Counted from the first letter of the stretch, positions 27,965-37,333 are shown. The stretch: 64,000 nt of DNA from an uncultured Candidatus Saccharibacteria bacterium (GCA_964639185.1 CAZXCN010000004.1:174-64173); one strand, 5' to 3'. Notes: a model not told the origin generated them from the letters alone. Numbers and translations are program-made.

Positions 27965-29295
27965 TATGAAAGTTTTTCTTTTATATGTTCTACAAGTTCA
28001 GATATAGCGATGCGTTCTTGGGTGCCAGTATCTCGGTCGCGGATTGTAACAGTATCAATCAAGTCTGGGTTCTCGCCCAATGTGTCAAAGTCTATAACTA
28101 TACAGAATGGTGTACCTATCTCGTCTTGTCTGCGATACCTCTTACCTATGTTACCATTGTCATCCCACATTACACGGCCAAATTCGTCTTTCAAAGTTCG
28201 GTATACCTTGTGTGCATAATCACGCAACTCTTGCTTGTTCTTCAATAGTGGTGATACTGCGCATATAACAGGAGCCATGTTTGGCGCAAATGCTAAATAT
28301 GGTCGAACTTCGCCACCTTTTGTATCCTCTTTATATGCACTAGTAAGGAGAGCCAGAACTGTACGCTCGAGTCCAAATGAAGGCTCGATAACATGCGGGG
28401 TAAACCTCTCGCCGCTCTCTTCGTCGAAATATGTTAAGTCCTGTCCACTACCCTTTGCATGGCGAGATAGGTCAAAGGAAGCTCGATAAGCCAAACCATA
28501 CAATTCCTTCCTACCAAATGGAAATTCAAACTCAAAGTCGATAGTGCGGTCTGAATAATGAGCACGGTCACCATCAGCCACCTCGAGCTCATGAACATGG
28601 TTCATGTCTATACCAATAGACTCCATCCAAGACAACATCTCGGCGCGGAAATATTCGAAATATTTCTTCCACTCTTCCGGCTTTAGGAAATACTCGATCT
28701 CCATCTGCTCAAATTCACGAACACGAAATATAAAATCGCGAGGAGTTATTTCATTACGAAAAGCTTTACCTGTTTGGGCTAATCCAAATGGTAATTTTGG
28801 ATGTATAGAATCCATAACATTCTTGAAATTTACAAACATACCTTGGGCTGTTTCTGGGCGCAAATATACTGTAGAAGCCGAGTCAGCCACCGCACCTATT
28901 TGAGTAGCAAACATCATATTGAAATTCTTCTCTTCCCCTAATTTCCCTCCACATTCAGGACAGCCAGCTGTTGTATCTATCTGGTCTGCGCGGAAACGCT
29001 TCTTGCATTCAGTACACTCCACCATCGGGTCGGAAAAATTGTCGACATGTCCTGTTGACTGCCACACCTTTGCATTCATAAGTATTGCAGCATCTACCCC
29101 ATACATATCGTCACGAGATTCCACGAACTTCTTCCACCAAGAGTTCTTTATATTATTCTTCAGTGCTACACCTAGTGGGCCATAATCAAATGTACCTGCG
29201 AGTCCACCATATATTTCAGAACCTTGATATATAAATCCGCGACGCTTTGCAAGCGATGTTAACTTCTCCATTAAATTATTGTCTTTGTCTTCCAT
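27964..29295 (-). CDS. glyQS: Glycyl-tRNA synthetase, dimeric eukaryote/archaeal-like type
   Basis: Single-chain class II GlyRS pattern ('FRNEITPRDFIFRVREFEQMEIEYF', 'GLERTVLALL'). Confidence 0.85.
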   Translation of the reverse strand: MEDKDNNLMEKLTSLAKRRGFIYQGSEIYGGLAGTFDYGPLGVALKNNIKNSWWKKFVESRDDMYGVDAAILMNAKVWQSTGHVDNFSDPMVECTECKKRFRADQIDTTAGCPECGGKLGEEKNFNMMFATQIGAVADSASTVYLRPETAQGMFVNFKNVMDSIHPKLPFGLAQTGKAFRNEITPRDFIFRVREFEQMEIEYFLKPEEWKKYFEYFRAEMLSWMESIGIDMNHVHELEVADGDRAHYSDRTIDFEFEFPFGRKELYGLAYRASFDLSRHAKGSGQDLTYFDEESGERFTPHVIEPSFGLERTVLALLTSAYKEDTKGGEVRPYLAFAPNMAPVICAVSPLLKNKQELRDYAHKVYRTLKDEFGRVMWDDNGNIGKRYRRQDEIGTPFCIVIDFDTLGENPDLIDTVTIRDRDTGTQERIAISELVEHIKEKLS

Positions 29296-29320
29296 TTGTT
29301 TTAAAAATTATTTATCATAA

Positions 29321-31222
29321 TTACCTTACTACCTTCTCATCGTCAATCTTGAAAAAGGGGTCATTTTCCAAACGTGTACTAAGTGACTGTTTGACCGAAC
29401 GTAAACCGCTATTAGAAAATGAATCAATACCCGTTAGATTAACTTCCTTTATAATATTTGGCACAGTACCTACTTGAGAAACTGAGGGCTTTATTTTTAT
29501 ATTAAATGCCGCCTCTCTATTATTTGAGCCAAATCCTGTATTTGATCTTACTGTACCAATATTCCACACCACTTGTCGAGTCAAAGAGTCATATGTTACA
29601 ACTTCCTTGTTACCATTCGCTAAACCTACCCATTCAACATATACAGGTAATTCTGCACGAGCCTCAGCTTGAGTTACTGGATTTATAGAATTCGAAAGTG
29701 TCCAATATATTGTATAAGTTGTATCTTTTTCTGCTTTTGGAGGCAACTCACCTGAAGCATAATTTGCACGAGCAACAAGTTGGAAATCTGAAGCAATTCG
29801 AACTATCTTCTTTGCAAAATTATTTATTTCAGATACAGCTGAGCCTGATGTAGATTCACGTCCTTTTATACTAACTTCCAATATTATTTGCGGGTCACGA
29901 ATTGTTTGGTTAGAACCAATAACAGTCATTGGGGTGAATTCAAAATTTAGATACCCAGTAGAACCCGGTGCTAGATTTGCAAATTCTGAATTTGTATTTC
30001 TGTTCCATATGATTCGATTATTTGCAGAATCATAAAAGCCTTGCTCAGGAACCACTGTTTCTTTATCAAAAATATTACCACTAAATTGCATGCTAACTTC
30101 AGCATCCAAGATTGATGAAGGTAGATTATTGGCCCATACTATTTGCCCTCGAATCATCTTGCCTCCAGATGTAGAATAACTATCTAGATCTGCTCCATCG
30201 AGCAATATTGTAGCTTGCAAGAATGGCTTGTGTAATTCAACAGTATGCAACAATGAATTATATATAACATCAACAATTGATTTATTCATTCCTTTTGTTG
30301 TTCCTACATATACATGGAAAGCTTTTTCATCACCATCTTGGCCATTCAATGTGCCTTTGATTATTATTGATACTGGCTTACCTACTGCTAAATTATTTAA
30401 ATTCCAAACAGAATTACCAAATACAGGCTTCGGCAATGTCTCACTAGGCTTAAAACCATTTGGGTAACTCACTGACAGCATTGTATCGCCCTCAGGTAAT
30501 GTTGTGTTGAGAGTGGTGGTAATATTTAAAGTTATTTCCTGACCAGAACTTGTTTGTATTGGACCATCTATAGCCAAAGTTATCGGTGATGAACTGATTG
30601 TAACAGGATAAGATTTTTCTTTTGTAAAAATAGCATTTGAACCTTCAGGGTGATATTCAAGCTTCACTTTTACATTACGTATAGTATTCTGATCACCATA
30701 AAGTGTAACCTTTTGGGACTTTTCCACTCGGCCACCTGCTGGTATAGTACCTATTTCCTCCTTTGGCAAACGAATAATACTATCAGGTGAATCGACTTCT
30801 GAAGTAGATGCACCTTTTGGATATTCAATAACCATATTTGATAATTCAAGGGCTGCATTATTGTGATTTACTATTTCTATTTGTAGCGACAATTCTTCAC
30901 CACCCTGAGTAAATGCATTTCCTAAAATATTTATTTCTATATTGTCGCTGGACACTGTGCGAGTACCATTCATATACATATAGACTCCAAAAAATATTGC
31001 TCCAATGAAAAACAAAATAGCTCCAATGAAAAATTTCTTTGCTATTGATATATGAGTGTTTTTTAATACAGTATCTTCAGACTCCTTCCATGCATTTGGA
31101 ACATTGTGTGGTACAGCATGCAGGACCCCTTCTTTATGATGAGCCTCCGAAGAAAAACCTCTTTCGTATAATTTACGTTTAATATCTTCTATTCTGTGCA
31201 GTGGGTTCTTAGATTCTGCCAT
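29321..31222 (-). CDS. Membrane-anchored protein with repeated beta-sandwich (CARDB/DUF11-like) extracellular domains
   Basis: Cytoplasmic N-terminus, one TM segment ('FFIGAILFFIGAIFFGVYMY'), then about 5 repeats with an 'x(I/V)xVxNxG...PG' pattern. Confidence 0.45.
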   Translation of the reverse strand: MAESKNPLHRIEDIKRKLYERGFSSEAHHKEGVLHAVPHNVPNAWKESEDTVLKNTHISIAKKFFIGAILFFIGAIFFGVYMYMNGTRTVSSDNIEINILGNAFTQGGEELSLQIEIVNHNNAALELSNMVIEYPKGASTSEVDSPDSIIRLPKEEIGTIPAGGRVEKSQKVTLYGDQNTIRNVKVKLEYHPEGSNAIFTKEKSYPVTISSSPITLAIDGPIQTSSGQEITLNITTTLNTTLPEGDTMLSVSYPNGFKPSETLPKPVFGNSVWNLNNLAVGKPVSIIIKGTLNGQDGDEKAFHVYVGTTKGMNKSIVDVIYNSLLHTVELHKPFLQATILLDGADLDSYSTSGGKMIRGQIVWANNLPSSILDAEVSMQFSGNIFDKETVVPEQGFYDSANNRIIWNRNTNSEFANLAPGSTGYLNFEFTPMTVIGSNQTIRDPQIILEVSIKGRESTSGSAVSEINNFAKKIVRIASDFQLVARANYASGELPPKAEKDTTYTIYWTLSNSINPVTQAEARAELPVYVEWVGLANGNKEVVTYDSLTRQVVWNIGTVRSNTGFGSNNREAAFNIKIKPSVSQVGTVPNIIKEVNLTGIDSFSNSGLRSVKQSLSTRLENDPFFKIDDEKVVR

Positions 31223-31254
31223 AGGCTATATTATAACATATAAGGTCGCTTATT

Positions 31255-31845
31255 TTACAGCTGACTTTCGCGCAAAGCCTTATTTATAGCTAATATTATT
31301 GGCTTCTTATTATCAAGAACTTTCATAACATCTTCTGGGACAGAGCTCTCTCCCAAACAATGATCGATATCGGCACTATCTCCTATATAACCCAGCTGGT
31401 GCAATATACGCAACACTAATTGTAATTCCAGAGCATCACACATTTGTGAATCTGTATTTTCAGTATCGAGTGTAGTAAAAGCCTGCACAACATCGTAGAA
31501 TATCTCCCTATTACCCTCTTCACCAGCGCAGAGCCTCTCTAACAATTTACAAACACGCATCATAAGTGCAATGGACTTTATATCCTTGCGCGCGTATGGA
31601 AAAGAGTTCTCGTGCGTGGCTGATGTCACTCTCCAAATATCACGTCCACGCACCAAGTCTAAACTGACATATGACAATTCCTGCATTGAGTAACGAAGTT
31701 TGGATTTATGAAGTCGTATCCCCTGTGCCATGGCATAGACTAACCCATGGTCGAGTGTATAGATAATAAATAATTTATTCGCCTCGCCCCTGTTGCGCGA
31801 GCCGATAACTATCCCCTCTGTGTGATGTATATGATGTTGCGCCAT
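31255..31845 (-). CDS. recO: DNA repair protein RecO-like (short form)
   Basis: N-terminal OB-fold 'TEGIVIGSRNRGEANKLFIIYTLDHGLVYAMAQGIR' resembles the RecO N-terminus. Lacks the usual C-terminal Cys4 zinc-binding segment. Confidence 0.55.
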   Translation of the reverse strand: MAQHHIHHTEGIVIGSRNRGEANKLFIIYTLDHGLVYAMAQGIRLHKSKLRYSMQELSYVSLDLVRGRDIWRVTSATHENSFPYARKDIKSIALMMRVCKLLERLCAGEEGNREIFYDVVQAFTTLDTENTDSQMCDALELQLVLRILHQLGYIGDSADIDHCLGESSVPEDVMKVLDNKKPIILAINKALRESQL

Positions 31846-31846
31846 T

Positions 31847-32491
31847 TTATATTAATGTTTTTATTTTATCAGAAAGAGCATTACCTAAAGATAAATTATT
31901 ACTTTCATCTAGGTGAATTCCCTCATCGTCTGCTGTTATACAAAACTCATTAGAATCAAAGAATATTACATTTTCATTTTCACAAAAATCTTTATATATT
32001 TCTCTTATTTTTATTATTTTTTGTTGAGACTGAATATCAAATATATTATTCATAACCTCATCTTTTAGAACCTGATCTGCACGAATTTCTGGTGGGGCGA
32101 TAATGCCTATTTTAGGTATTTGATCTATAGAGAGGTTTTTACACCATTCGATAATTTCATTTTTATAATTTAATAAACTTTGATATATTTCTTTTTCAGT
32201 TTTTAAATCTTTCTTATTACAATCATTGGTGCCTAAAAATATCCATACTAAGTCTAAAGGTAAATGACTACCAATAATAGGACCAAATTGATTCAACCCA
32301 TTTCTGTTTGGAAAAAATTTATTTTCTCCCGAAAGGGTTCTGGCTCTCAATCCTTCATCAATTATTTTGTAGTCTTTTCCTAAGTCTTTTTCAATAACAC
32401 CAATAAAGTTTAATGAGCGATTATACCTTTTTGTAAATTTAGGTATTTTACCATATACAAGAGAGTCACCATAAAATAATACTGTTTTCAT
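31847..32491 (-). CDS. SGNH/GDSL-family hydrolase
   Basis: 'VLFYGDSLVYG' (catalytic Ser block) and 'FLGTNDC' (block III). Confidence 0.65.
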   Translation of the reverse strand: MKTVLFYGDSLVYGKIPKFTKRYNRSLNFIGVIEKDLGKDYKIIDEGLRARTLSGENKFFPNRNGLNQFGPIIGSHLPLDLVWIFLGTNDCNKKDLKTEKEIYQSLLNYKNEIIEWCKNLSIDQIPKIGIIAPPEIRADQVLKDEVMNNIFDIQSQQKIIKIREIYKDFCENENVIFFDSNEFCITADDEGIHLDESNNLSLGNALSDKIKTLI

Positions 32492-32748
32492 ACTTCAATT
32501 ATATCACAACTATCAAAACCCTTATTTGACAAGGGTTAGTGGGATTGCTATATTGAATGGGTAATGAAAATTTACGCAAAACAGATCAATAGTTCTCCGG
32601 TACCGCAAGCTGACAATTTGATGGCTGGTTTTTGCGTTTAAATATACTCTCTATAATTTAACTTAAATATAAACACCAGCCCTCAAATGGCTGGTGTTTA
32701 TATTTACAAAAAAAACAATTTGCACATTCACAACTTAATTTAAAAAAC

Positions 32749-32988
32749 ATGAAAAACATCATCCAAAACATTGCGGGTTTACTTGGGCTATTTCTATTTG
32801 CCCTTCTTTTACTAATTTTATTAATCTTGTGGTATATAACTGGTATACCGAACAAGATTCTTTGCTTTTTATCTCCAAAGTATAAATTACACTATGAACA
32901 AAAATGTAAAGAGAAAGAAGAGATGGAAAGAAAAAAGTTCAATGAATCCACTATGAATCGTGGTTGGGCCTTTCAAAACCTAAGGTAA
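32749..32988 (+). CDS. Small hypothetical membrane protein
   Basis: N-terminal hydrophobic helix 'LLGLFLFALLLLILLILWYITG' followed by a charged tail. Followed by a terminator. Confidence 0.3.
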   Translation: MKNIIQNIAGLLGLFLFALLLLILLILWYITGIPNKILCFLSPKYKLHYEQKCKEKEEMERKKFNESTMNRGWAFQNLR

Positions 32989-33006
32989 TTCTCATCCTAA
33001 AAATTC

Positions 33007-33042
33007 AAAATGCTTCCGTAATATTACGGAAGCATTTTTTTA
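33007..33042 (+). terminator. rho-independent terminator
   Basis: Stem 'aaaatgcttccgta' / 'tacggaagcatttt' with a 4-nt loop and a T-run. Confidence 0.7.
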
Positions 33043-33107
33043 TTAATAAATTTTTATATAAAACCACTTAGCCACGGCCGTGGCTATTATGGTGTTTATG
33101 TTAATTT

Positions 33108-33542
33108 TTATTTTCTATTATCATATTCAATCAAAAACTCAATAGCTTTATCTAATACATCCTTGCGTGTTTCCTGACTAAACATAAATGTTTCTACAGC
33201 TTCGTTGTATGTTACCCATTTATACTCGTCAATCTCTTCCTTTTGTATAACTACTGTTTTATTTTTCGCAATACCAATAAAATATTGATTAGTCTTTAAT
33301 ACTCCATTTTTTATAAAATATTCTTCACGAATTAATGGAGTATCTAGAATTTCAATGTCTTCTATTTGTGTTTCCTCTTGTAATTCACGCATAGCGGTTT
33401 GTAGTGGTGTTTCCCCCTCTTCACAATGACCTTTTGGGAAACTCCAATTTACACCATAATCAATCTCTTTATGTCGTAAAATTAAAAATTTATTTTCATC
33501 TCCTAGTAAAACTACAACTACTCCGTATGCATTTTCTTTCAT
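33108..33542 (-). CDS. NUDIX hydrolase
   Basis: Nudix box 'GHCEEGETPLQTAMRELQEETQI'. Start overlaps the ileS stop by 4 nt. Confidence 0.75.
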   Translation of the reverse strand: MKENAYGVVVVLLGDENKFLILRHKEIDYGVNWSFPKGHCEEGETPLQTAMRELQEETQIEDIEILDTPLIREEYFIKNGVLKTNQYFIGIAKNKTVVIQKEEIDEYKWVTYNEAVETFMFSQETRKDVLDKAIEFLIEYDNRK

Positions 33543-36500
33543 TTGGATATCTGAATTCTAATTTCTAATGTATCTACAACTACAGTTTCGCCATCATTAT
33601 CGGCAAAGTTTACAACACCAGCACCTACTGTCTTCTTGAATTCATTCATAAATTCTTCTACTAAATGTTGCGCATTTATAGATATGGTCACAGTCACCAC
33701 ATCAGCTGGTACAAGTCCCATGTTCTTCCTACCATCTTGGACAGCACGAACAAGCTCGCGATAGTCACCCTCGCGCTTTAGATCAGGAGTTATCTCTGTA
33801 TCCAAACCTAGCTCAGCACCGACGACTACATCTTTTACGTTCAATTCATCTTTCAATATTTCTTTGTATTCAGAAGTAATATTTGATTTTGTAACAATTA
33901 TTTTTGAAAGTGGCTGACGAACTTTGATACCAGCTTTCTGCCTCATCTGCAAACCTACTGTTACAATGTTGCGTACTTCTTGCATCTCCTCCAATACAAC
34001 CTTATCAGCTTCACCATCCACCTCAGGCCAGTCTGCTAGGTGCACACTCTCCACATCATTATTCAGCTTCAACCTCTGCCAGATATCCTCGGCTATAAAT
34101 GGTGTAAATGGCGCTATAAGCGTAACTGTGTTTTTTAGTACATAATACAGAGTAGACAGAGCTTCTGTGTCACCATCCTTCAACCTGTCACGTGATCGGC
34201 GTAGGTACCATGTAGACAAATCTTCAATAAACAATTCAAACGGTCGTGTAGATAGAACCATATCATAAGCCTCCATACCATCGGTAACTTCCACCACCAA
34301 TTCAGCAAGGCGTGACAATATCCATTTATCTAAAACATTTTCACTTACCACATTTTTATTATTCTCCAATTCTTTATTGCGATACAACTCATAAAATGTT
34401 GTAACATTTTCCAACCTGCCTACTATCTTGCTAGATATCTCTTGCACAGTCTTCTCGGTAAATGCTACATCCTCCCCCTTCATTACAGGGCAAGACATAA
34501 GGTAGAATCGCAATGCATCTACACCGTATTTATCAAAAAGTATTTGTGGGTCAGGGTAATTATTTTTTGACTTACTCATCTTGCTACCATCTTCAGCAAG
34601 TATAGTTCCTGTTGTTACAACATTTCGGAATGGTGCATGACCAAACAAAGTGCTTGATATTATATGTGTGTAGTAGAACCATGTACGAGTCTGGGCAATA
34701 TATTCAGCCACGAACCCTGCTGGGAAGTTCTCCTTCTCCCAATTTGGTCTTTCAAATGGATAATGATCTTGAGCAAAAGGCATCGAACCAGATTCGAACC
34801 AACAGTCGATAACTTCAGGAACACGAGTATACTCAGTACCCTCGTGGTCCACCAACTTTATCGCGTCGATATATGGCCTGTGTAGATCAAGCTCGTAGTG
34901 TGCATTGTGTGGTAGTGGAACAAAATCAAGGTCGATCAATGTACATGGGTTATGTGGATTATCTCTATATATATTGAATGATGTTACTTCATCGGCAGCC
35001 AGTGCCACTGCTGGCAAAACCTCAAGTCCTATACCATGTGTAACGATCAATATATTTTCGTTCTGATATTTACTTTCCAATTCGTAGATAAAATCTCCAA
35101 ACCTATTCTTTGCATTTTGATGACTCTCACCACCTTCGGGTGCCGCATGGTAGTAACTTGATTGATCATAAGCCCAATCATTGCGTACCTGCCAAGTCTG
35201 ACCATCATAAACACCTGGATTCAATTCTATAAGTCTTTCATCGTGATCGATACTGTCTTTTGCTACACCAATACTATCAACTATTATCTCAGCTGTTTGA
35301 TTTGTACGTGCGAATCGTGATGCAAAAACTTTTGTAATATTTGCATGTTTTAATTTATCGGCTACTTCTTTTGCCTGATCAATACCCTTGTCTGTAAGCG
35401 AGTCGCCTGCCTCATCCTTGTAACTAATCCTATTTTCCACATTATGTTGTGCCTCACCATGACGCACTACAAAGTACCTGTTACCACTCCTCTTTACCTT
35501 GCTCTTCAGATCATCGAGCGAATTTACTATCATCAATTTACCACTCTCGGATTTCCAGAATGGCAAGGGGCTAGCCCAGAAGCGATTGCGAGATATTGTC
35601 CAATCCGGCGCACCCTCCATGATATGCTTGAACCTACCCTCTTTCAAATGAGATGGGACCCAATTCATAACCTCGGCATTCTTCAATGCCTCGGCTTTTA
35701 CCTTCTGCACATTTATAAACCATGAAGGTAGTGCGTAGTATAGAAGTGGTGTATCACAGCGATAGCAGTGTGGGTATGAGTGCACGATCTTTTCCTTTGC
35801 AAATAATGAACCTTTGTGTGCCAAATACTTTATCACCAATACATCGGTTGATTGTGGATCCTCCTTTGGCTTGGCTTTTACATCAGGAAAATCTACTACT
35901 TCTTTAGTAAAGAATCCGTTTGGTTCAACATGACGAATAAAAGGAATATTATTCTCTTTTGCAAGATTCATATCATCCTCACCAAAAGCTGGAGCCTCGT
36001 GTGCAATACCTGTACCTGCATCATCGGTTACAAAGTCGGCATGCCATACACGCCAAATATTTTCTTTGTTTGGCATATCAACATCTTTATAATAATCAAA
36101 CACCGGTTCGTATTGCATACCTACCAATTCACTCCCCTTCACTTCCTTCAATATTTCAGGTTCTACAAATTTATCTTTCAACTTTTCAAAAAGATTCTTT
36201 GCCACTATAAGGTGGTCGTGTCCGCCACCAGCATTAGTAGTCTTCACATAAACATAATCAATATCTTTATTTACAGCTATCGCAGTGTTGCCCGGCAAAG
36301 TCCAAGGGGTTGTAGTCCAAGCAAGTAAATATGTATGTGAAGCAGAATCAGGAAAATTCTCGTCGTGTCGGAGCCCCCGGAGAGAGGGTAAAGCGACAGA
36401 ATTTTCCTGATTCTGCGAAACACGAAATTTCACATAAACAGAAATATCAGTTATGTCTTTATAACTATTATCCATAGCAATTTCTGAATTGGCTATTGGA

Positions 36501-37051
36501 GTCTCGCAACGTGGGCAGTATGCCAATACGCGCACACCCTCGTAAAGTAACTCTTTGTCATTCATCTGCCCCAGTGCCCACCATACACTCTCGATAAAGC
36601 TATTGTCCATAGTCTTATACGAGTTATCGAAGTCTACCCAGCGACCCATACGGTCCACTGTCTTCTTCCATTCACCTACATATTTCAACACAGCACTACG
36701 TGCATGCTCGGCGAATTTATCTACACCGAATTCCTCGATAGCTTTACGCCCTGATATACCTAGCTCTTTCTCGACAATATTCTCAATAGGTAGACCGTGG
36801 CAATCCCAACCCCAGCGCCTCGGTACATGGAACCCTCGCATGGTTTTATATCTTCCAATCACATCTTTTGCTGTCGATCCTAATATATGCCCATAATGTG
36901 GTAAACCTGTAGCAAATGGTGGCCCATCGTAGAAAACGTAAGTTCCCTTTGGAGCCTCCTTTGTTAGTGACTTATTGAAAGTGTCATTCTCTTTCCAGAA
37001 TCCTAAAACACTCTCTTCCCTTTTTGAATTATTACTTTTTTCGTTTTCCAT
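33539..37051 (-). CDS. ileS: Isoleucyl-tRNA synthetase (type 2) with an inserted histidine-phosphatase-superfamily domain
   Basis: 'PPFATGLPHYGHIL' (HIGH), 'WTISRNRFWASPLPFW', 'DLHRPYID', 'KMSKSKNN' (KMSKS). An approximately 190-aa segment (residues about 523-715) carrying 'VVRHGEAQHN', 'SRFARTNQTAE', 'PEGGES' and 'IVTHGIG' sits between the WxISRxR and DLHRP motifs. Confidence 0.9.
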   Translation of the reverse strand: MENEKSNNSKREESVLGFWKENDTFNKSLTKEAPKGTYVFYDGPPFATGLPHYGHILGSTAKDVIGRYKTMRGFHVPRRWGWDCHGLPIENIVEKELGISGRKAIEEFGVDKFAEHARSAVLKYVGEWKKTVDRMGRWVDFDNSYKTMDNSFIESVWWALGQMNDKELLYEGVRVLAYCPRCETPIANSEIAMDNSYKDITDISVYVKFRVSQNQENSVALPSLRGLRHDENFPDSASHTYLLAWTTTPWTLPGNTAIAVNKDIDYVYVKTTNAGGGHDHLIVAKNLFEKLKDKFVEPEILKEVKGSELVGMQYEPVFDYYKDVDMPNKENIWRVWHADFVTDDAGTGIAHEAPAFGEDDMNLAKENNIPFIRHVEPNGFFTKEVVDFPDVKAKPKEDPQSTDVLVIKYLAHKGSLFAKEKIVHSYPHCYRCDTPLLYYALPSWFINVQKVKAEALKNAEVMNWVPSHLKEGRFKHIMEGAPDWTISRNRFWASPLPFWKSESGKLMIVNSLDDLKSKVKRSGNRYFVVRHGEAQHNVENRISYKDEAGDSLTDKGIDQAKEVADKLKHANITKVFASRFARTNQTAEIIVDSIGVAKDSIDHDERLIELNPGVYDGQTWQVRNDWAYDQSSYYHAAPEGGESHQNAKNRFGDFIYELESKYQNENILIVTHGIGLEVLPAVALAADEVTSFNIYRDNPHNPCTLIDLDFVPLPHNAHYELDLHRPYIDAIKLVDHEGTEYTRVPEVIDCWFESGSMPFAQDHYPFERPNWEKENFPAGFVAEYIAQTRTWFYYTHIISSTLFGHAPFRNVVTTGTILAEDGSKMSKSKNNYPDPQILFDKYGVDALRFYLMSCPVMKGEDVAFTEKTVQEISSKIVGRLENVTTFYELYRNKELENNKNVVSENVLDKWILSRLAELVVEVTDGMEAYDMVLSTRPFELFIEDLSTWYLRRSRDRLKDGDTEALSTLYYVLKNTVTLIAPFTPFIAEDIWQRLKLNNDVESVHLADWPEVDGEADKVVLEEMQEVRNIVTVGLQMRQKAGIKVRQPLSKIIVTKSNITSEYKEILKDELNVKDVVVGAELGLDTEITPDLKREGDYRELVRAVQDGRKNMGLVPADVVTVTISINAQHLVEEFMNEFKKTVGAGVVNFADNDGETVVVDTLEIRIQISK

Positions 37052-37270
37052 AATATTTTGAAATTAAAAATAAAAAAACTCGTCCACGTACAACAATATA
37101 AATTGTTATACAAGGACGAGCTTCTCGCGGTACCACCTTGTTTCCCTTTCGGGCTCTCATTTTTGTGGGTTCTACGGTCTTACGACTTTCTTCCCAAAGC
37201 CTGCCTGCCGGCAGGCAGGCTCTAGAGGTGATAGCCTCTAATGACTTATACCCAAATCATACTCTAAAAC
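37052..37270 (-). promoter_or_regulatory. T-box riboswitch-like leader of ileS
   Basis: Minus strand reads '...AGAGCCCGAAAGGGAAACAAGGUGGUACCGCGAGAAGCUCGUCC-N28-GGACGAGUUUUUUU'. T-box core GGUGGUACCGCG plus an intrinsic terminator. The upstream hairpin UAGAGG-CUAUCA-CCUCUA puts AUC (Ile) followed by A in its loop. Confidence 0.55.
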
Positions 37271-37283
37271 CCAAATTTTGCAA

Positions 37284-37312
37284 GAAAAAAGGCTTGCCAC
37301 ACGGACAAGCCT
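37284..37312 (-). terminator. rho-independent terminator of the DUF62-like gene
   Basis: Stem ggcttg-ccacacggac-caagcc preceded on the plus strand by a7 (a T-run on the minus strand). Confidence 0.65.
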
Positions 37313-37333
37313 TTTATAACATTTAAATAAAAC

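Noticed and set aside
32658-32855. 65-aa minus-strand ORF overlapping the 79-aa plus-strand membrane ORF
   Set aside because: The two are mutually exclusive. The plus-strand ORF has a plausible TM helix and a downstream terminator. Neither is strongly supported, and the region may instead be an sRNA locus.
34780-34800. tRNA T-loop-like 'gattcgaacc' string
   Set aside because: It lies inside the ileS coding sequence, with no acceptor or D-arm context. No convincing tRNA was found in any intergenic spacer.
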